Positions 19,379 to 29,204 of a DNA stretch of 64,000 nucleotides are shown here, piece after piece. Each line of letters starts with the position of its first letter. Position 1 is the first letter of the stretch. The stretch is taken from positions 42,643 to 106,642 of IMG/VR virus record IMGVR_UViG_3300046615_000177; one strand, written 5' to 3'. The translations under genes and the position numbers were made by a program. The notes beneath the pieces were generated by a model. The model was given only the letters and a program-made list of their open reading frames with translations, was not told the origin of the DNA and did no database searches. This DNA comes from a virus. Lineage: Duplodnaviria > Caudoviricetes.

Positions 19379-19998
19379 TAGCCTTTCTCCGGCGCAGAGG
19401 GCGGTGTGGCAGCAGGTGCATTAAAGGACAGCGCGCCGGACATCAGCATGGAACCGATAGCCTTCGTGACCAGCTCTTGCAGCATCCCGTCTACCCGCTT
19501 TTCGTCGAAGTTGGCTGCGACCCGCTCCCTGTACTCCTCAGTCACGTATTGTGGGATAAGCTTCCGAACCTCGACTTCAACGAGCGGCTTCAGGTCGTCG
19601 GTAGCTTTCTGCCACGACTTGCGATAGTCGTCTCCATAATTGCGCACAACTTCCTCAGCCATCGCCCGGATGGTCTGTCCACTACCTGTGTTGAGGCCCG
19701 CCGTTTTCATAGCATTATTGAAGTGTTCCGCAAGGATTTCTGCTCCCCACCCGGAGAACGAACGCTTGTGTCCGTTCCACACGTTAGCCTCGTCTATCTT
19801 AATGGCAGCGTCAATCATCTGCTGCACCTTACGCTCAGCCAGCTTAGTAGCCTGCTCTTCCACCTTAGCTGCGATGTGCGGGTTGTTCAGCCACGCGTCC
19901 AGCATGGCGCTCGCAAGATTTTGCTTGATCTGCGCGGTAGGCAGTTCCCCATGTACGAACCCGATCAGTTCTTCAATGCTCAGTGTAATTTTACCCAT
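19378..19998 (-). CDS. Hypothetical helical protein
   Basis: RBS AAAGGAG. Confidence 0.7.
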   Translation of the reverse strand: MGKITLSIEELIGFVHGELPTAQIKQNLASAMLDAWLNNPHIAAKVEEQATKLAERKVQQMIDAAIKIDEANVWNGHKRSFSGWGAEILAEHFNNAMKTAGLNTGSGQTIRAMAEEVVRNYGDDYRKSWQKATDDLKPLVEVEVRKLIPQYVTEEYRERVAANFDEKRVDGMLQELVTKAIGSMLMSGALSFNAPAATPPSAPEKG

Positions 19999-20056
19999 TA
20001 TTTCCAGCTCCTTTGATTTTGTTTGATGGGCAGGTTGCTACCCTGCCCAGTCTTCG

Positions 20057-20365
20057 CTACTCCAGCTCTTCTTCTCCGTCATCGTCCCAACTACCCGCGC
20101 CTTCGTCCTCTGCCTCTTCCTGCTCTGTCACCCATGTGCGGATGATCTCGCGTTCCCGTTCGCCCGGTTTGAGGCTGCTGTTGAAGCGGTTTACTACGCC
20201 TGCCGCCCGCGCTGTCAGAGCATTACCGACCTCGTCATCGGACAGAGAACCATCATTGATGCTCTCTTCTTCGATCTCCACCAGTACCTCTTCCCACGAA
20301 GCGGAGGCCTCAAGCTCTTTAGTCTTGGACTTCCGAACCTCACCGTGCACTACGAATACCTTCAC
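20057..20365 (-). CDS. Hypothetical acidic protein
   Basis: GTGA-coupled start. Confidence 0.6.
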   Translation of the reverse strand: MKVFVVHGEVRKSKTKELEASASWEEVLVEIEEESINDGSLSDDEVGNALTARAAGVVNRFNSSLKPGEREREIIRTWVTEQEEAEDEGAGSWDDDGEEELE

Positions 20366-20982
20366 TCCTGCCCGCTCCCTTTAGCTTCCACGGTCTCCAT
20401 GGCGCTCTCGATTTCTGTTGCTCCCTCTGCCCCGTCTGAGGCGTCGGCTATCTGCTGCATCTCTTCAGTCAGCATTCCCATGGTGCGCATACCTGCCTTA
20501 TTAAAGGCCTCTTCTAAACTTGCCAGCGTCCTCATGGTATACACTCGGGTCTCCAGCGAACCGCTCAGTCTGTGCATTGCAGTATGAAGGTTCTCAACCT
20601 CTTTAAGTAGCTGCGGGTTGCGCAGCACAAAGCTCTTCAGCGGTGCCGCCATGGATACAAAGTCCTTATGCTCCCGGCGAATCTTGCGATTCTCTTTAAG
20701 CTTCAGAAGTATGCCGTGCGCATCCTTGCGTGGAAAGTCGGCCAGCTCGACCGCGTGGGTCAAGTCTCCATATTCAAGGTCCATCGCATGCACTTGGTCA
20801 TGTGCTGCGTCATGCAGGATCGGTACCTTAACCAGCGCATGGTGCAGCATGTCAATCAGCATCAGAAGCCCACCTGCACCCTTCAGAACCTCGGCGGGTA
20901 TCGCGGTCTTCATTGCCTGCTCTCCCTGCCGCTTACTCTCTACCAGCCTACGTCTTGCCTGCCCCATCTCAATCAGTCCCAT
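20362..20982 (-). CDS. Hypothetical coiled-coil protein
   Basis: Contains DLTHAVEL...RKIRREHKD...Y.MR; overlaps neighbours. Confidence 0.65.
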   Translation of the reverse strand: MGLIEMGQARRRLVESKRQGEQAMKTAIPAEVLKGAGGLLMLIDMLHHALVKVPILHDAAHDQVHAMDLEYGDLTHAVELADFPRKDAHGILLKLKENRKIRREHKDFVSMAAPLKSFVLRNPQLLKEVENLHTAMHRLSGSLETRVYTMRTLASLEEAFNKAGMRTMGMLTEEMQQIADASDGAEGATEIESAMETVEAKGSGQE

Positions 20983-22571
20983 CTATCCAGTTTGTATGAG
21001 GCTGTGCCTGTTGCTGCTGTCACTCGTATAGTAGCGTTAAGTGCCGCGCCACTTTGTAGGCGGATACCACATGCCGACGCTTCTTCGTATCCACCAAGCT
21101 GTGCGTTCTTCGAATACGATTCGATAGTGGAGCGTACTTCCCGAAGCTCGGACTTCAGCGTCTCAGGGAATAGCGCAATCCCTGCGCGTCCGGCGCGGTT
21201 GTCCCTCGCTCCGTCAAGTATGAAGATAACGGCCTTGCCTTGGTGCGCGTTCTCCTCGTACCACATGGACGGCTGATATGTGATGCCTGTTACCTTGCAC
21301 CATCCACTCGTGAGTCCCCATTGAGACGGTGCAGAGCCGCCGCTATATACGTACCAGTTAACTGGGTTGCGGCGTTCCTCTGTATCCCATTGCAGGATAG
21401 GCGGCGCGTCCGCGTTGACAGCGGTCAGGAGCGCGGTGAAGACATCGGTTCCACTACGCACTTGGTACTCGATAACTTCAGCGTTCGGAAGCACGGTCTC
21501 CAAGAACTTACGCCATGTCATAGTGACCGTTGGGAGCGTCATCGCCTTGGCTGGGGTTGGAGCGTCCTTTGCCTTCAAGTGGCCGAACAATCCGCCAGCC
21601 TCTTGCTCGTTCTTCGGAAGTGCAGGCTTCCATATCGTTTCGATCTCGTCCAGCCTTGCGAATCGGCGTTCTAGTGATGGTGCAAGTCCCAGCTTCTCGA
21701 ATATCTTCTCGGCTTGGGCGATGTTCCCGGCGCTCGATGCCGCTTGTGGGCGCTGGTACTGCAATGGGTTCATCTTGGCAGAGAAACGCTTCTTCACGCT
21801 CTCAAACTCCATGCCGGACTGAATGTCGTCGAGCAGGGTCCCGATCATGGAGCTTCTGACGTGGGCGAATCCAGCCGGAGCAGTAGCCACCGCCAGCCAT
21901 ACTGCGTTGTTGCGGGTCTTGAGGTTCTTGACATGCACACTGCTTTCCGCCAGCTTCAGGAACCATTCTGCCACGCCCAGCGTCTTCTCACTACGGTACA
22001 GCACCTCACTCTTTAGAAGCGTGACCGCTTGCTGTATGGTTGGCAGGCTGTACGACTGAATAGCTTCCTGAAGCATCCGATAGTCTTCGCGCTTCTCAGC
22101 CATCTTCTGGCCTGCCGTCATAAGGCGGCTTGTGTACACGGACTTCGGAAGCTGGGTAACAGACATGTGTGTCCATTCGCCTGTCTGCGGTTGTCCCCAT
22201 ACCTTTTCTTCCGACAGGAACACTCCTGTCACCTCGGCCTTCTTGACCGCCTCAATCACTGCATTCACGGACGGCAGGAAGAACGTTGGCGCGTTCAAGT
22301 CCCACATGACAGGCTTTATCGTACTGTCCGCCCCGATGGTCACCAGTCCGCCGAAGCGGTTGACGAAGTTCGCGCAGGCCCGGCAGGTGTAGTACTGTCG
22401 AGCTTCGGCGGGCAGGTTGTGTAGGAACAGCTCGAACAGGTTGCCCGCGTCTGTTGTAAACAGGCGTGTTCCCTCCATTACGTTCGCGCTGTAGTTGTGC
22501 CTAACAGCCTGCTCCAGCGCCGGATAGTTGTGGTTGTTCTCATTAGGGGCCGTCCCCGTAGTCATTGTCAT
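20973..22571 (-). CDS. Large hypothetical phage protein (532 aa, CRAC motif)
   Basis: Long ORF with RBS; no confident family assignment. Confidence 0.8.
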   Translation of the reverse strand: MTMTTGTAPNENNHNYPALEQAVRHNYSANVMEGTRLFTTDAGNLFELFLHNLPAEARQYYTCRACANFVNRFGGLVTIGADSTIKPVMWDLNAPTFFLPSVNAVIEAVKKAEVTGVFLSEEKVWGQPQTGEWTHMSVTQLPKSVYTSRLMTAGQKMAEKREDYRMLQEAIQSYSLPTIQQAVTLLKSEVLYRSEKTLGVAEWFLKLAESSVHVKNLKTRNNAVWLAVATAPAGFAHVRSSMIGTLLDDIQSGMEFESVKKRFSAKMNPLQYQRPQAASSAGNIAQAEKIFEKLGLAPSLERRFARLDEIETIWKPALPKNEQEAGGLFGHLKAKDAPTPAKAMTLPTVTMTWRKFLETVLPNAEVIEYQVRSGTDVFTALLTAVNADAPPILQWDTEERRNPVNWYVYSGGSAPSQWGLTSGWCKVTGITYQPSMWYEENAHQGKAVIFILDGARDNRAGRAGIALFPETLKSELREVRSTIESYSKNAQLGGYEEASACGIRLQSGAALNATIRVTAATGTASYKLDRWD

Positions 22572-22575
22572 TGGT

Positions 22576-22719
22576 TTAATTCACTCCCTGTTCGTAGTCA
22601 ATATCGAACTCATACATCTGCGGCAAGTACTGCCGCTTAATCACCAGCCATGCACACCCGCTCTCATGGTGTGCCATAACGAATACGATCTGATAAGGCT
22701 CGCCGCGCACGTTGACCAT
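22576..22719 (-). CDS. Small hypothetical protein (47 aa)
   Basis: RBS AGGGAGG before MVNVRGEPY. Confidence 0.5.
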   Translation of the reverse strand: MVNVRGEPYQIVFVMAHHESGCAWLVIKRQYLPQMYEFDIDYEQGVN

Positions 22720-22820
22720 GCCGCCCTCCCTATACCTACCCCAGCGTTCCAAGATGGATACGCTAGGAATGTAGGTGAAGGCGGGATCGTACGGCCTAAA
22801 GCGTTGGTGCTCGGTGTCCT

Positions 22821-23699
22821 CTACTTTGGGGAGGGTGGAGCCGGGCGCGGTCTACTAACTGGAGGTGCAGGCTGTGTACTCCGTTCATCTATGGTCTGCT
22901 CCGCCCCTTGTGACACCGGAGCCGGGACAGCCTTACCCATCACCTGCTGCTGGAACGGCCTGCCCACATTGGTACGCTTGGTAGCCTTCCCGTTAGCACT
23001 GTGATAGATCGTCTCATGGCCTTGGGGCTTCAGCATGACACCTTGTGGATACGATCCCGCCATGGGTTCCCCGTACTGGCGCTTGTAGCCCAGTATATTG
23101 ATATAAGGTGTAACGTCTTCCTGCTCATGCATAATCATCAGCAGGTCAACCAGTGCCATGGTGTCCTCCATCGCGGAGTGAGCACCTTCGAGCGATACCC
23201 CATAATGTGCGGCCATCGCTGTCAGCTTGTGACTACCCTTCGGAACCCGGTCACGCGCAATGGTTAACGGGCATATGATGTCGATAAATTCGAGATCACC
23301 GAAGTGGCCCAGCTGGCGCTCCAGCATATTCTTCAGCACCGTGTAATCAAAGTTGGCGTTATAAGCGACCAGCACCGGGTCCTCTGCCGTCTCTTCTGGC
23401 TCGTTCTCTGCCCCCAGTATCATGTCCCATAAGATGCTTGCCGCTTTGTATTCTGCCATACCCTTCAGAAGGTCGGCGCGGCTATGATGTCCGTTCTCCA
23501 GCGCCTGCGACCAGCCCGTTTCCGGGTGGTCGTCTGGGTTATAGTAAATCAGGGTGTTAAACATGCTAGTGACTTCTCCGTCTACTACCCGGACGGCGCA
23601 CACCTCCACAGGTCTCTGCGCCATCAGATCGAGCTTACCGTCTGGGGTCTGCGCCCCATTGGTTTCAAAGTCGAGGAAGAGCATTGTCCGTAAGGTCAT
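22821..23699 (-). CDS. DEDDh 3'-5' exonuclease (DnaQ/Pol III epsilon-like)
   Basis: ExoI FLDFETNG, ExoII VAYNANFD, ExoIII AHSAMEDT. Confidence 0.88.
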   Translation of the reverse strand: MTLRTMLFLDFETNGAQTPDGKLDLMAQRPVEVCAVRVVDGEVTSMFNTLIYYNPDDHPETGWSQALENGHHSRADLLKGMAEYKAASILWDMILGAENEPEETAEDPVLVAYNANFDYTVLKNMLERQLGHFGDLEFIDIICPLTIARDRVPKGSHKLTAMAAHYGVSLEGAHSAMEDTMALVDLLMIMHEQEDVTPYINILGYKRQYGEPMAGSYPQGVMLKPQGHETIYHSANGKATKRTNVGRPFQQQVMGKAVPAPVSQGAEQTIDERSTQPAPPVSRPRPAPPSPK

Positions 23700-23986
23700 T
23701 AGCTTTCGGCCTCCTCGGTTAGATGCAAATATGGCATAGCGACGGGAGGTTTTGGTGCAGGAGCTAAAATGTACCGGGTGTAGCTCAATTCTTGAAGTTC
23801 TCTCTGCGCCTGTTCCTGCTCTTGTTTCAGCAGCTTAATACCCCTCTTAACAGCTGGATCATCGCTCTCGCCGCCGTTGCGTAGTGCTTCGATGGCTGTG
23901 CCCCAGTCTCGCACGTTTTCCTGCGCCCGGATAATACAGTCTGCGATATACTCACCACGAAGGGATGCGGATGGCATGCTACTCAT
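23699..23986 (-). CDS. Hypothetical protein
   Basis: Start MSSMPS after GGAGG. Confidence 0.6.
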   Translation of the reverse strand: MSSMPSASLRGEYIADCIIRAQENVRDWGTAIEALRNGGESDDPAVKRGIKLLKQEQEQAQRELQELSYTRYILAPAPKPPVAMPYLHLTEEAES

Positions 23987-24308
23987 TGTCTTCAACCTCC
24001 TTGTCCTCAATTTGATCGTACACAATATAATTGTCGTCCTCTCCAAGTACGTAGCGGACGCCATCTTTGACGTAGCCCCTGCACCACTTGACGAAAAGGT
24101 CGCGCGGTACGCCGCTGGTGTGGCGGCAGTTCGGGGTAGTGTTGTACAGTACATACATCCATGTGGTCGCTACGATGTGGCGGCGACGCACTCCGCCGTT
24201 GTGAAACTCGGTAACCCCTTCATCCACTAGCTTAGCGAGCTGGGGCCAGCTCAGGCTTTTAAGTTTGCGACGTGCACTCTCTGCTGCGTTCTTTTGGGTG
24301 GCGGTCAT
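23979..24308 (-). CDS. Hypothetical protein
   Basis: ATGA coupling. Confidence 0.6.
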   Translation of the reverse strand: MTATQKNAAESARRKLKSLSWPQLAKLVDEGVTEFHNGGVRRRHIVATTWMYVLYNTTPNCRHTSGVPRDLFVKWCRGYVKDGVRYVLGEDDNYIVYDQIEDKEVEDNE

Positions 24309-24634
24309 TTCGATCTACCCACTTCCGAAGTAGGTGGCGGAGGCGGCTCAATGCCTAACGCGATGCGCAATCTCCGGGTCGCTACGTCTACCCGGTATGT
24401 CGCGATGTTCATATCGTCGATTGCTACGTTGATGTAGGCGGACTCTGCTTGGTCGAAGTTCTTCTCAGCTCGCCGGAGTTCCCGGTTGGCCTCAAAGAAT
24501 TCAATCTGCGCGTCCATGATCCCGTCGTGCGCCGGATTTTTGCCCTTCGGAAGGTCGGACAATGCTCCGATTTTTGCCTTGTGCTGATCAATACCGAACA
24601 GCCCCGCCATGCTACCGAAAACGCCTTTTACCAT
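24305..24634 (-). CDS. YaaL/DUF2508-like protein
   Basis: ELRRAEKNFDQA..YINVAI..MNIA..R pattern. Confidence 0.5.
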   Translation of the reverse strand: MVKGVFGSMAGLFGIDQHKAKIGALSDLPKGKNPAHDGIMDAQIEFFEANRELRRAEKNFDQAESAYINVAIDDMNIATYRVDVATRRLRIALGIEPPPPPTSEVGRSK

Positions 24635-24660
24635 ATTCCCAATCCCCTCACGTTGTTGTT

Positions 24661-25287
24661 TTAGCAGGAGCCGTTAAGTAGACTCACATCTGCTGATAAA
24701 TGGATAATTGCCGGAAGATTCGCATTCGTCTTTTCGACGAAGTCAATTGTCGATACCCCCAGAGCCTGTAAATGCTCCAGAGCCTGCTTGCCGCTTGCTG
24801 CCGTGTCAATCACGTTATTAAGCTCGTTCTTCAGCTTGTGGACATCCTTCTTATCCTTAAGCAGCTTCTGAAGTGCGGCGTCCTTCTGAAGCTTGTGGAT
24901 AAGGTTACCCACCTCTTCGTTACCATAGGATACGTACTCCCCGCCGCTCTCGATGGTGTTAATGGCCCGGTGGCTCAGCGCATTCCTAACGGTGCCAAAC
25001 AGGTGAGCAGTCATCTTGCGGGTGTCTGAGATGTCCTGCACAACGCCGCTGTAATTTGTGGTGCTGTTCATGAGCTTCTGAAGCTGCTCAGTCAACCCAC
25101 TGTCGAACTTGTGCATGATGTCCTTTCCGTGAGTTGGGATGTCACCGATCAGCCCACGGATGATGCGGTTCAGCTCCTCGTGGAAATGCTCCTTGTAGTA
25201 GGCCTCGACCTGCTTCGTCAGATTCTCCCGGCTACGTGTGGACAGCATTTCGACAAAATCCCGCACGTCTTGCTTTCTGATTGCCAT
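24661..25287 (-). CDS. Hypothetical protein
   Basis: RBS GAGGGAG; first gene after a sigma-A promoter. Confidence 0.7.
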   Translation of the reverse strand: MAIRKQDVRDFVEMLSTRSRENLTKQVEAYYKEHFHEELNRIIRGLIGDIPTHGKDIMHKFDSGLTEQLQKLMNSTTNYSGVVQDISDTRKMTAHLFGTVRNALSHRAINTIESGGEYVSYGNEEVGNLIHKLQKDAALQKLLKDKKDVHKLKNELNNVIDTAASGKQALEHLQALGVSTIDFVEKTNANLPAIIHLSADVSLLNGSC

Positions 25288-25316
25288 TTTTACCGCTCCC
25301 TCTTAGTGTCAGTTGG

Positions 25317-25380
25317 TGTCGAACGCTCTCAGTATACAACAAGTTTGCACAAGTGTAAACAAGTTTCGACAAGTTTCTTC
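25317..25380 (-). promoter_or_regulatory. Sigma-A promoter TTTACA-17-TATACT (25331-25359) within a 10-bp repeat/Spo0A-box array
   Basis: ACAAGTTTGC ACAAGTGTAA ACAAGTTTCG ACAAGTTTCT; TGTCGAA at 25317, TTCGACA at 25365. Confidence 0.75.
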
Positions 25381-25455
25381 AACGAGGGTATACAAGATTC
25401 GACTTTCCACAGGGTACAAAAAGGCGCGGACCACAATCTCCCGCGCCAGTCTTGC

Positions 25456-25752
25456 TTATTCTGAATCTGCGACTTCCACTTCCATGTCCGGCAGGCTCTC
25501 CATTACCTTCATATAGGCGGCGGAGAACCGCGCCTGTGCGTCCAGCTTCTGCTCCAGCTCGTTGGCGAGCACGCTGCGCACGCGCTCCGGCGCGCTGTAC
25601 TTCAGAGGCACGTCAGGAGCCTCCCCCAGTAACCACTGAAGATACAAAACTTCGTCCTTCAGCAGCTCACTCTCTGCCTGCACCTGCTTAACTGTGAATA
25701 CTGCCACATTACCCACTCCTTCCCTCCCGTTCTGGCTGACCAGTGATGCCAT
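25456..25752 (-). CDS. Hypothetical protein
   Basis: ORF followed by a terminator-like hairpin at 25418-25447; start uncertain. Confidence 0.55.
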   Translation of the reverse strand: MASLVSQNGREGVGNVAVFTVKQVQAESELLKDEVLYLQWLLGEAPDVPLKYSAPERVRSVLANELEQKLDAQARFSAAYMKVMESLPDMEVEVADSE

Positions 25753-25789
25753 CTAGAACTATGCAGGTGTGGAGCGCTGGTGTCAATCT

Positions 25790-26023
25790 CTACATGACAG
25801 TACGCATGTATGCGTTGATGCCGACGACCTTGCATAAGCAGGTAATCTCATTCGGCTCAATATCCATAACTTCCCAGTACACCGCTTCCTGCTCAGGCAC
25901 GTTTCCTGCGCTTCGGAAGACCTTGCCTACGAACAAAACCTCTTTACCTAGTATGGTCAGCCTGTGCTCGTCGCCCATCTCGTATACTGTAGCAGAATTC
26001 TCGCTCTCACCCATCCCAATCAT
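25790..26023 (-). CDS. Hypothetical protein
   Basis: RBS; operon orientation. Confidence 0.5.
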   Translation of the reverse strand: MIGMGESENSATVYEMGDEHRLTILGKEVLFVGKVFRSAGNVPEQEAVYWEVMDIEPNEITCLCKVVGINAYMRTVM

Positions 26024-26027
26024 CTCC

Positions 26028-26501
26028 CTATAAGTTGTATGCCATCACTTCTTCAGCGCCGCGAGCCACTAGCACTCCCGGGAGGGCGCACAGGCCCAAG
26101 GCAGCGAGCCGCCCGGACATCATGTCGTCCTGCTGCCGCCAGTACGCTACATCGGCAGCGGTGCCCATCTGCGTGACCTCGATGTACGATCCGTATCCGG
26201 TATTAACGCACACTACCTCAATGCACACAACACCGCTGAACTTCCGAAGGAAGGCAGTGTTCGGTCCGTCCCACTCCGGCAGGTCAACCAGCTCCTGAAC
26301 CCGGACAAGCTTGGACACACCCAGTTCCCATAGTCCAGCTGTGCGCTCCCCAAACAAGGCATACGCAAGGTTACGCGCCCGCCATCCGTTCAGCGGAAGC
26401 ACCTGCGTTTCTACGCCAGTCCCCGTATGGCGGACCCCTGTTGCTTTGCCTACCTCCGTGTCCACACGCACCAGCTCGTACCCGTATTTTAAGTTGATCA
26501 T
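26028..26501 (-). CDS. Hypothetical protein
   Basis: RBS AAGGGAG; ATGA coupling. Confidence 0.65.
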   Translation of the reverse strand: MINLKYGYELVRVDTEVGKATGVRHTGTGVETQVLPLNGWRARNLAYALFGERTAGLWELGVSKLVRVQELVDLPEWDGPNTAFLRKFSGVVCIEVVCVNTGYGSYIEVTQMGTAADVAYWRQQDDMMSGRLAALGLCALPGVLVARGAEEVMAYNL

Positions 26502-26725
26502 TTTGCAACTCTCCCTTGTCTTTGTGTTGGCAGTACCTTAACGCCGTGCGAAGCTAACAGCGCCGCATCTGTGGCACGAGCAAACGGTATAAACTCTTCG
26601 AAGGTCATCGGTTTCTTCCGATTGTTACTATACTTCCGAAGCTTACACTCATATGATCTGTACCTACCTGCTAGGAATCCAAAGTTACCGGAGTACCTTG
26701 GCCTCCATGCTCGTTTCTCGCTCAT
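26498..26725 (-). CDS. Hypothetical basic protein
   Basis: Coupled at both ends. Confidence 0.55.
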   Translation of the reverse strand: MSEKRAWRPRYSGNFGFLAGRYRSYECKLRKYSNNRKKPMTFEEFIPFARATDAALLASHGVKVLPTQRQGRVAK

Positions 26726-26895
26726 TACGAATTTCTCCGCCAGTTTATAATAACATCCATCATACCCTCTTCTGCGGCGCGACGGGTTTTAAATTCCCCT
26801 CTTGTCTCTGCACCGTCGGTAATAGTGAAGTAGGATTCCCCGGACTCATTCGGCCAGCGCGACGGAACAACGGAAAAGCTTTGTACATCAGACAC
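26725..26895 (-). CDS. Small hypothetical protein (56 aa)
   Basis: GTG after AAGGAGA; ...GEFKTRRAAEE...; TAATG coupling. Confidence 0.5.
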   Translation of the reverse strand: MSDVQSFSVVPSRWPNESGESYFTITDGAETRGEFKTRRAAEEGMMDVIINWRRNS

Positions 26896-26982
26896 ACTAT
26901 CATCTCCTTAGTTTTATTTGGGGTATCCTCCCCAAGTCAAAGGCCAAGCTATTGACTCCGCTTGGCCTTATCCTTCGTTAGG

Positions 26983-27417
26983 CTACCCGACGATCCGGGA
27001 CTCACTAATTATTACTTCAAACTCCTTGCCTTCGTCTTTCCGCTGAAAGCGCGCGGTACCACTAGATAAATGGTCAGCTATTACCATATTCTCGATAATA
27101 TCCAGCTCGCGCGCCTGCGCTGTGTCGAAGGCCTTAGACACCGCTGTCCGGTAATCCCTTGCTTCCCCTACCGAAAGGAAGCCCTCCGTAGGGCACACAG
27201 TGAAGGTCTTACCATTGGCCGGAATGTGGATGGCAACTAGGTAAATCAGCGGCGTACCCCTGTTCGGGTCGTACTGATTGGAGTATGTGAACATATTCCA
27301 CTTATCTGGGCTGTCAATCAGGCGGGTGTTCCACCATTCCATGGTGGCCTTGCTGAACCAGTGATGGCCGGAAGCCTTATCGTTTCTCTTCATCGCTGCA
27401 AAAGTCATCTTTTTCAT
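26983..27417 (-). CDS. Hypothetical protein
   Basis: Start MKKMTF after AAAGGGGA; downstream of a class B promoter. Confidence 0.7.
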   Translation of the reverse strand: MKKMTFAAMKRNDKASGHHWFSKATMEWWNTRLIDSPDKWNMFTYSNQYDPNRGTPLIYLVAIHIPANGKTFTVCPTEGFLSVGEARDYRTAVSKAFDTAQARELDIIENMVIADHLSSGTARFQRKDEGKEFEVIISESRIVG

Positions 27418-27468
27418 TGTCAGTTCCCCTTTGGTTTTTGGTTTGGAAGCTCCCGCTCCCTCATATTC

Positions 27469-27497
27469 AATATACACAGGTTTCTCGTATAACTATT
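27469..27497 (-). promoter_or_regulatory. Class B promoter, copy 2
   Basis: AATAGTT-ATAC-GAG-AAA-CCTGTG-TATATT. Confidence 0.7.
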
Positions 27498-27521
27498 ATG
27501 GACTTCCGAAGAGCACCCGGC

Positions 27522-27731
27522 TTATACCGCTTTAGCTGGGCGTACTGCATCTAGGTGTGTGGTGGGGTTGCTGTGTACTCCGTTGCAGAATCCTACGTTG
27601 TACGCTTGGTCGCCATACGTGCGCCATCCCGTTCTCATGATCTGCTCTTCAGAACCCGGAGTAGGTTTGTGCAGCTTACCGCAGAGGGCGCACCAGTACG
27701 AACGCCCTGCTGTTCCGAATTCTTCCTGCAT
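27522..27731 (-). CDS. Small zinc-binding hypothetical protein
   Basis: CALC...C...H; RBS AAGGAGGA. Confidence 0.6.
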   Translation of the reverse strand: MQEEFGTAGRSYWCALCGKLHKPTPGSEEQIMRTGWRTYGDQAYNVGFCNGVHSNPTTHLDAVRPAKAV

Positions 27732-27802
27732 TGTTCTATCCTCCTTCCTTTCACGGATTAAAGAGGGGAGGGCAGCACGTCTGCCACCCGTCGCTCTTTG
27801 TG

Positions 27803-28282
27803 TTAAGGCTTCATTAGCTGGTAAAACCCTCTCTTACCTGCGTTCTCCAGTAGACCGCTACGGACAATGTGGTTATGAGCACTCGCGTAGTTATTCCACT
27901 TGAACCCGCTTGACTCCATCCGGGTGCGTATGTGGCTAAACTCCAGCGGACGTCCAGCGTCCCGCATAACCGCCCGTAGGGTGTCGTCGAAGTTCAGCCG
28001 CTCGGTAGCGCTCATTCTGCCACTAACCTCAACGGTTGTCGTGGTAGAGTACACCGTGCGTACCATATTGCGCTCGTCGAAGCGTGCCCACATATCATGC
28101 TCCATGATCAGTTCCGCGCGCTCCAGCTTCAGAGCCTCCAGCTCCTTGGTGATCTCCAGCATACGGTCGTCTACTTCATACATCCGGTGCTGAATAGCTT
28201 GGTTACGCTTGGAGATGATGTCGTTTGCTGTGACTACTGGAATATCCGAAATCAGGTCGTTGAGGTTGTTCATTTGTGGCAT
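27803..28282 (-). CDS. Rok-like nucleoid-associated repressor (short form)
   Basis: N-terminal coiled coil (RNQAIQHRM..VD...LERAELI...FDE) plus a C-terminal winged helix ending KRGFYQL, resembling the RGHY-type end of Rok as recalled. Confidence 0.6.
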   Translation of the reverse strand: MPQMNNLNDLISDIPVVTANDIISKRNQAIQHRMYEVDDRMLEITKELEALKLERAELIMEHDMWARFDERNMVRTVYSTTTTVEVSGRMSATERLNFDDTLRAVMRDAGRPLEFSHIRTRMESSGFKWNNYASAHNHIVRSGLLENAGKRGFYQLMKP

Positions 28283-28340
28283 GTTTATGCCCTCCTTAGA
28301 TTTGTTTTGGGAGCGGTAGGTATCCGCTCCCCTCATATAT

Positions 28341-28369
28341 AACATACACAGGTAACTCTCGGAACTCTT
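28341..28369 (-). promoter_or_regulatory. Class B promoter, copy 3
   Basis: AAGAGTT-CCGA-GAG-TTA-CCTGTG-TATGTT. Confidence 0.75.
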
Positions 28370-28404
28370 GTGGCACTAATGCTATCACTTTATGGTGAAT
28401 TTTG

Positions 28405-29139
28405 TTAAATGTCAATACTGTCACCCGAATTTTGTCGTTCTTGACGGTATGCCTCGTTGTCCAGTTCAACGCTGCGCGCTTCTCGGCAGTACTCGTCATC
28501 CTCCAGCTTACCACTGCCTACACAGTAGTTTGTGCAGGTGCAGGCAGACTCGCAGGGTGCTTCATCCTCGACGCTCTGTATCATCCAGCCATCGCGCCGC
28601 AGTGCTCGCAACGCCGTATGATATTCTTCGTCCTTCGGAAGTGTACGAGGATACAGATGGTCAAAGAAGAATCCAAAGTCGTTACGGTCGTGCACCTTGT
28701 AGTTGCTAACAGTCTGCATAATGGAATCGTACTTCTCGCGCACGGCGGCAATCACCGGGTTCTTCAGCGCCTCTGTAACTCTCACATCTTCCGGGACCAG
28801 CGTGCTAGGTACAAGACTAAACCTCATTAGGTGCGCGTAATTGTGCGCCCCGTCAAGAGTCTGGGAGACCCCGACGTAAGCTTCCTTTCCTTGATGCAGT
28901 CCGTGGTACTGTAAAAGCCACTTCCGAAGTGGGGCAGCAGCGTCCAGTGCATTGTGCATGAAGTTACGGTGCCGTCTCCGGGAACCCAAAGCTGCGGAAA
29001 TCGCGCGTTTGTCGGTCGCTACGCCGTACACAAGCTTCCAGTAGGTCAGCCATATTTCAACGCACTCGCGGCGTTGCTCTTGCGTCATGTCCGTTACACT
29101 GTAGGGCAAATGTCTAATCTGATCATAGGGTGGTTTCAT
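28405..29139 (-). CDS. Hypothetical protein with C-terminal Cys cluster
   Basis: RBS AAAGGAGA; CESACTCTNYC. Confidence 0.7.
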   Translation of the reverse strand: MKPPYDQIRHLPYSVTDMTQEQRRECVEIWLTYWKLVYGVATDKRAISAALGSRRRHRNFMHNALDAAAPLRKWLLQYHGLHQGKEAYVGVSQTLDGAHNYAHLMRFSLVPSTLVPEDVRVTEALKNPVIAAVREKYDSIMQTVSNYKVHDRNDFGFFFDHLYPRTLPKDEEYHTALRALRRDGWMIQSVEDEAPCESACTCTNYCVGSGKLEDDEYCREARSVELDNEAYRQERQNSGDSIDI

Positions 29140-29165
29140 AGTAATCTCTCCTTTTGGGTTATGTA

Positions 29166-29204
29166 GCGATAAGGCCGAAGCTTCGGAAGCCCCGGCCTTA
29201 TCGC
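29166..29204. terminator. Strong hairpin with a CTTCGGAAG copy in its loop
   Basis: GCGATAAGGCCG ... CGGCCTTATCGC 12-bp inverted repeat just after a stop codon. Confidence 0.55.
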
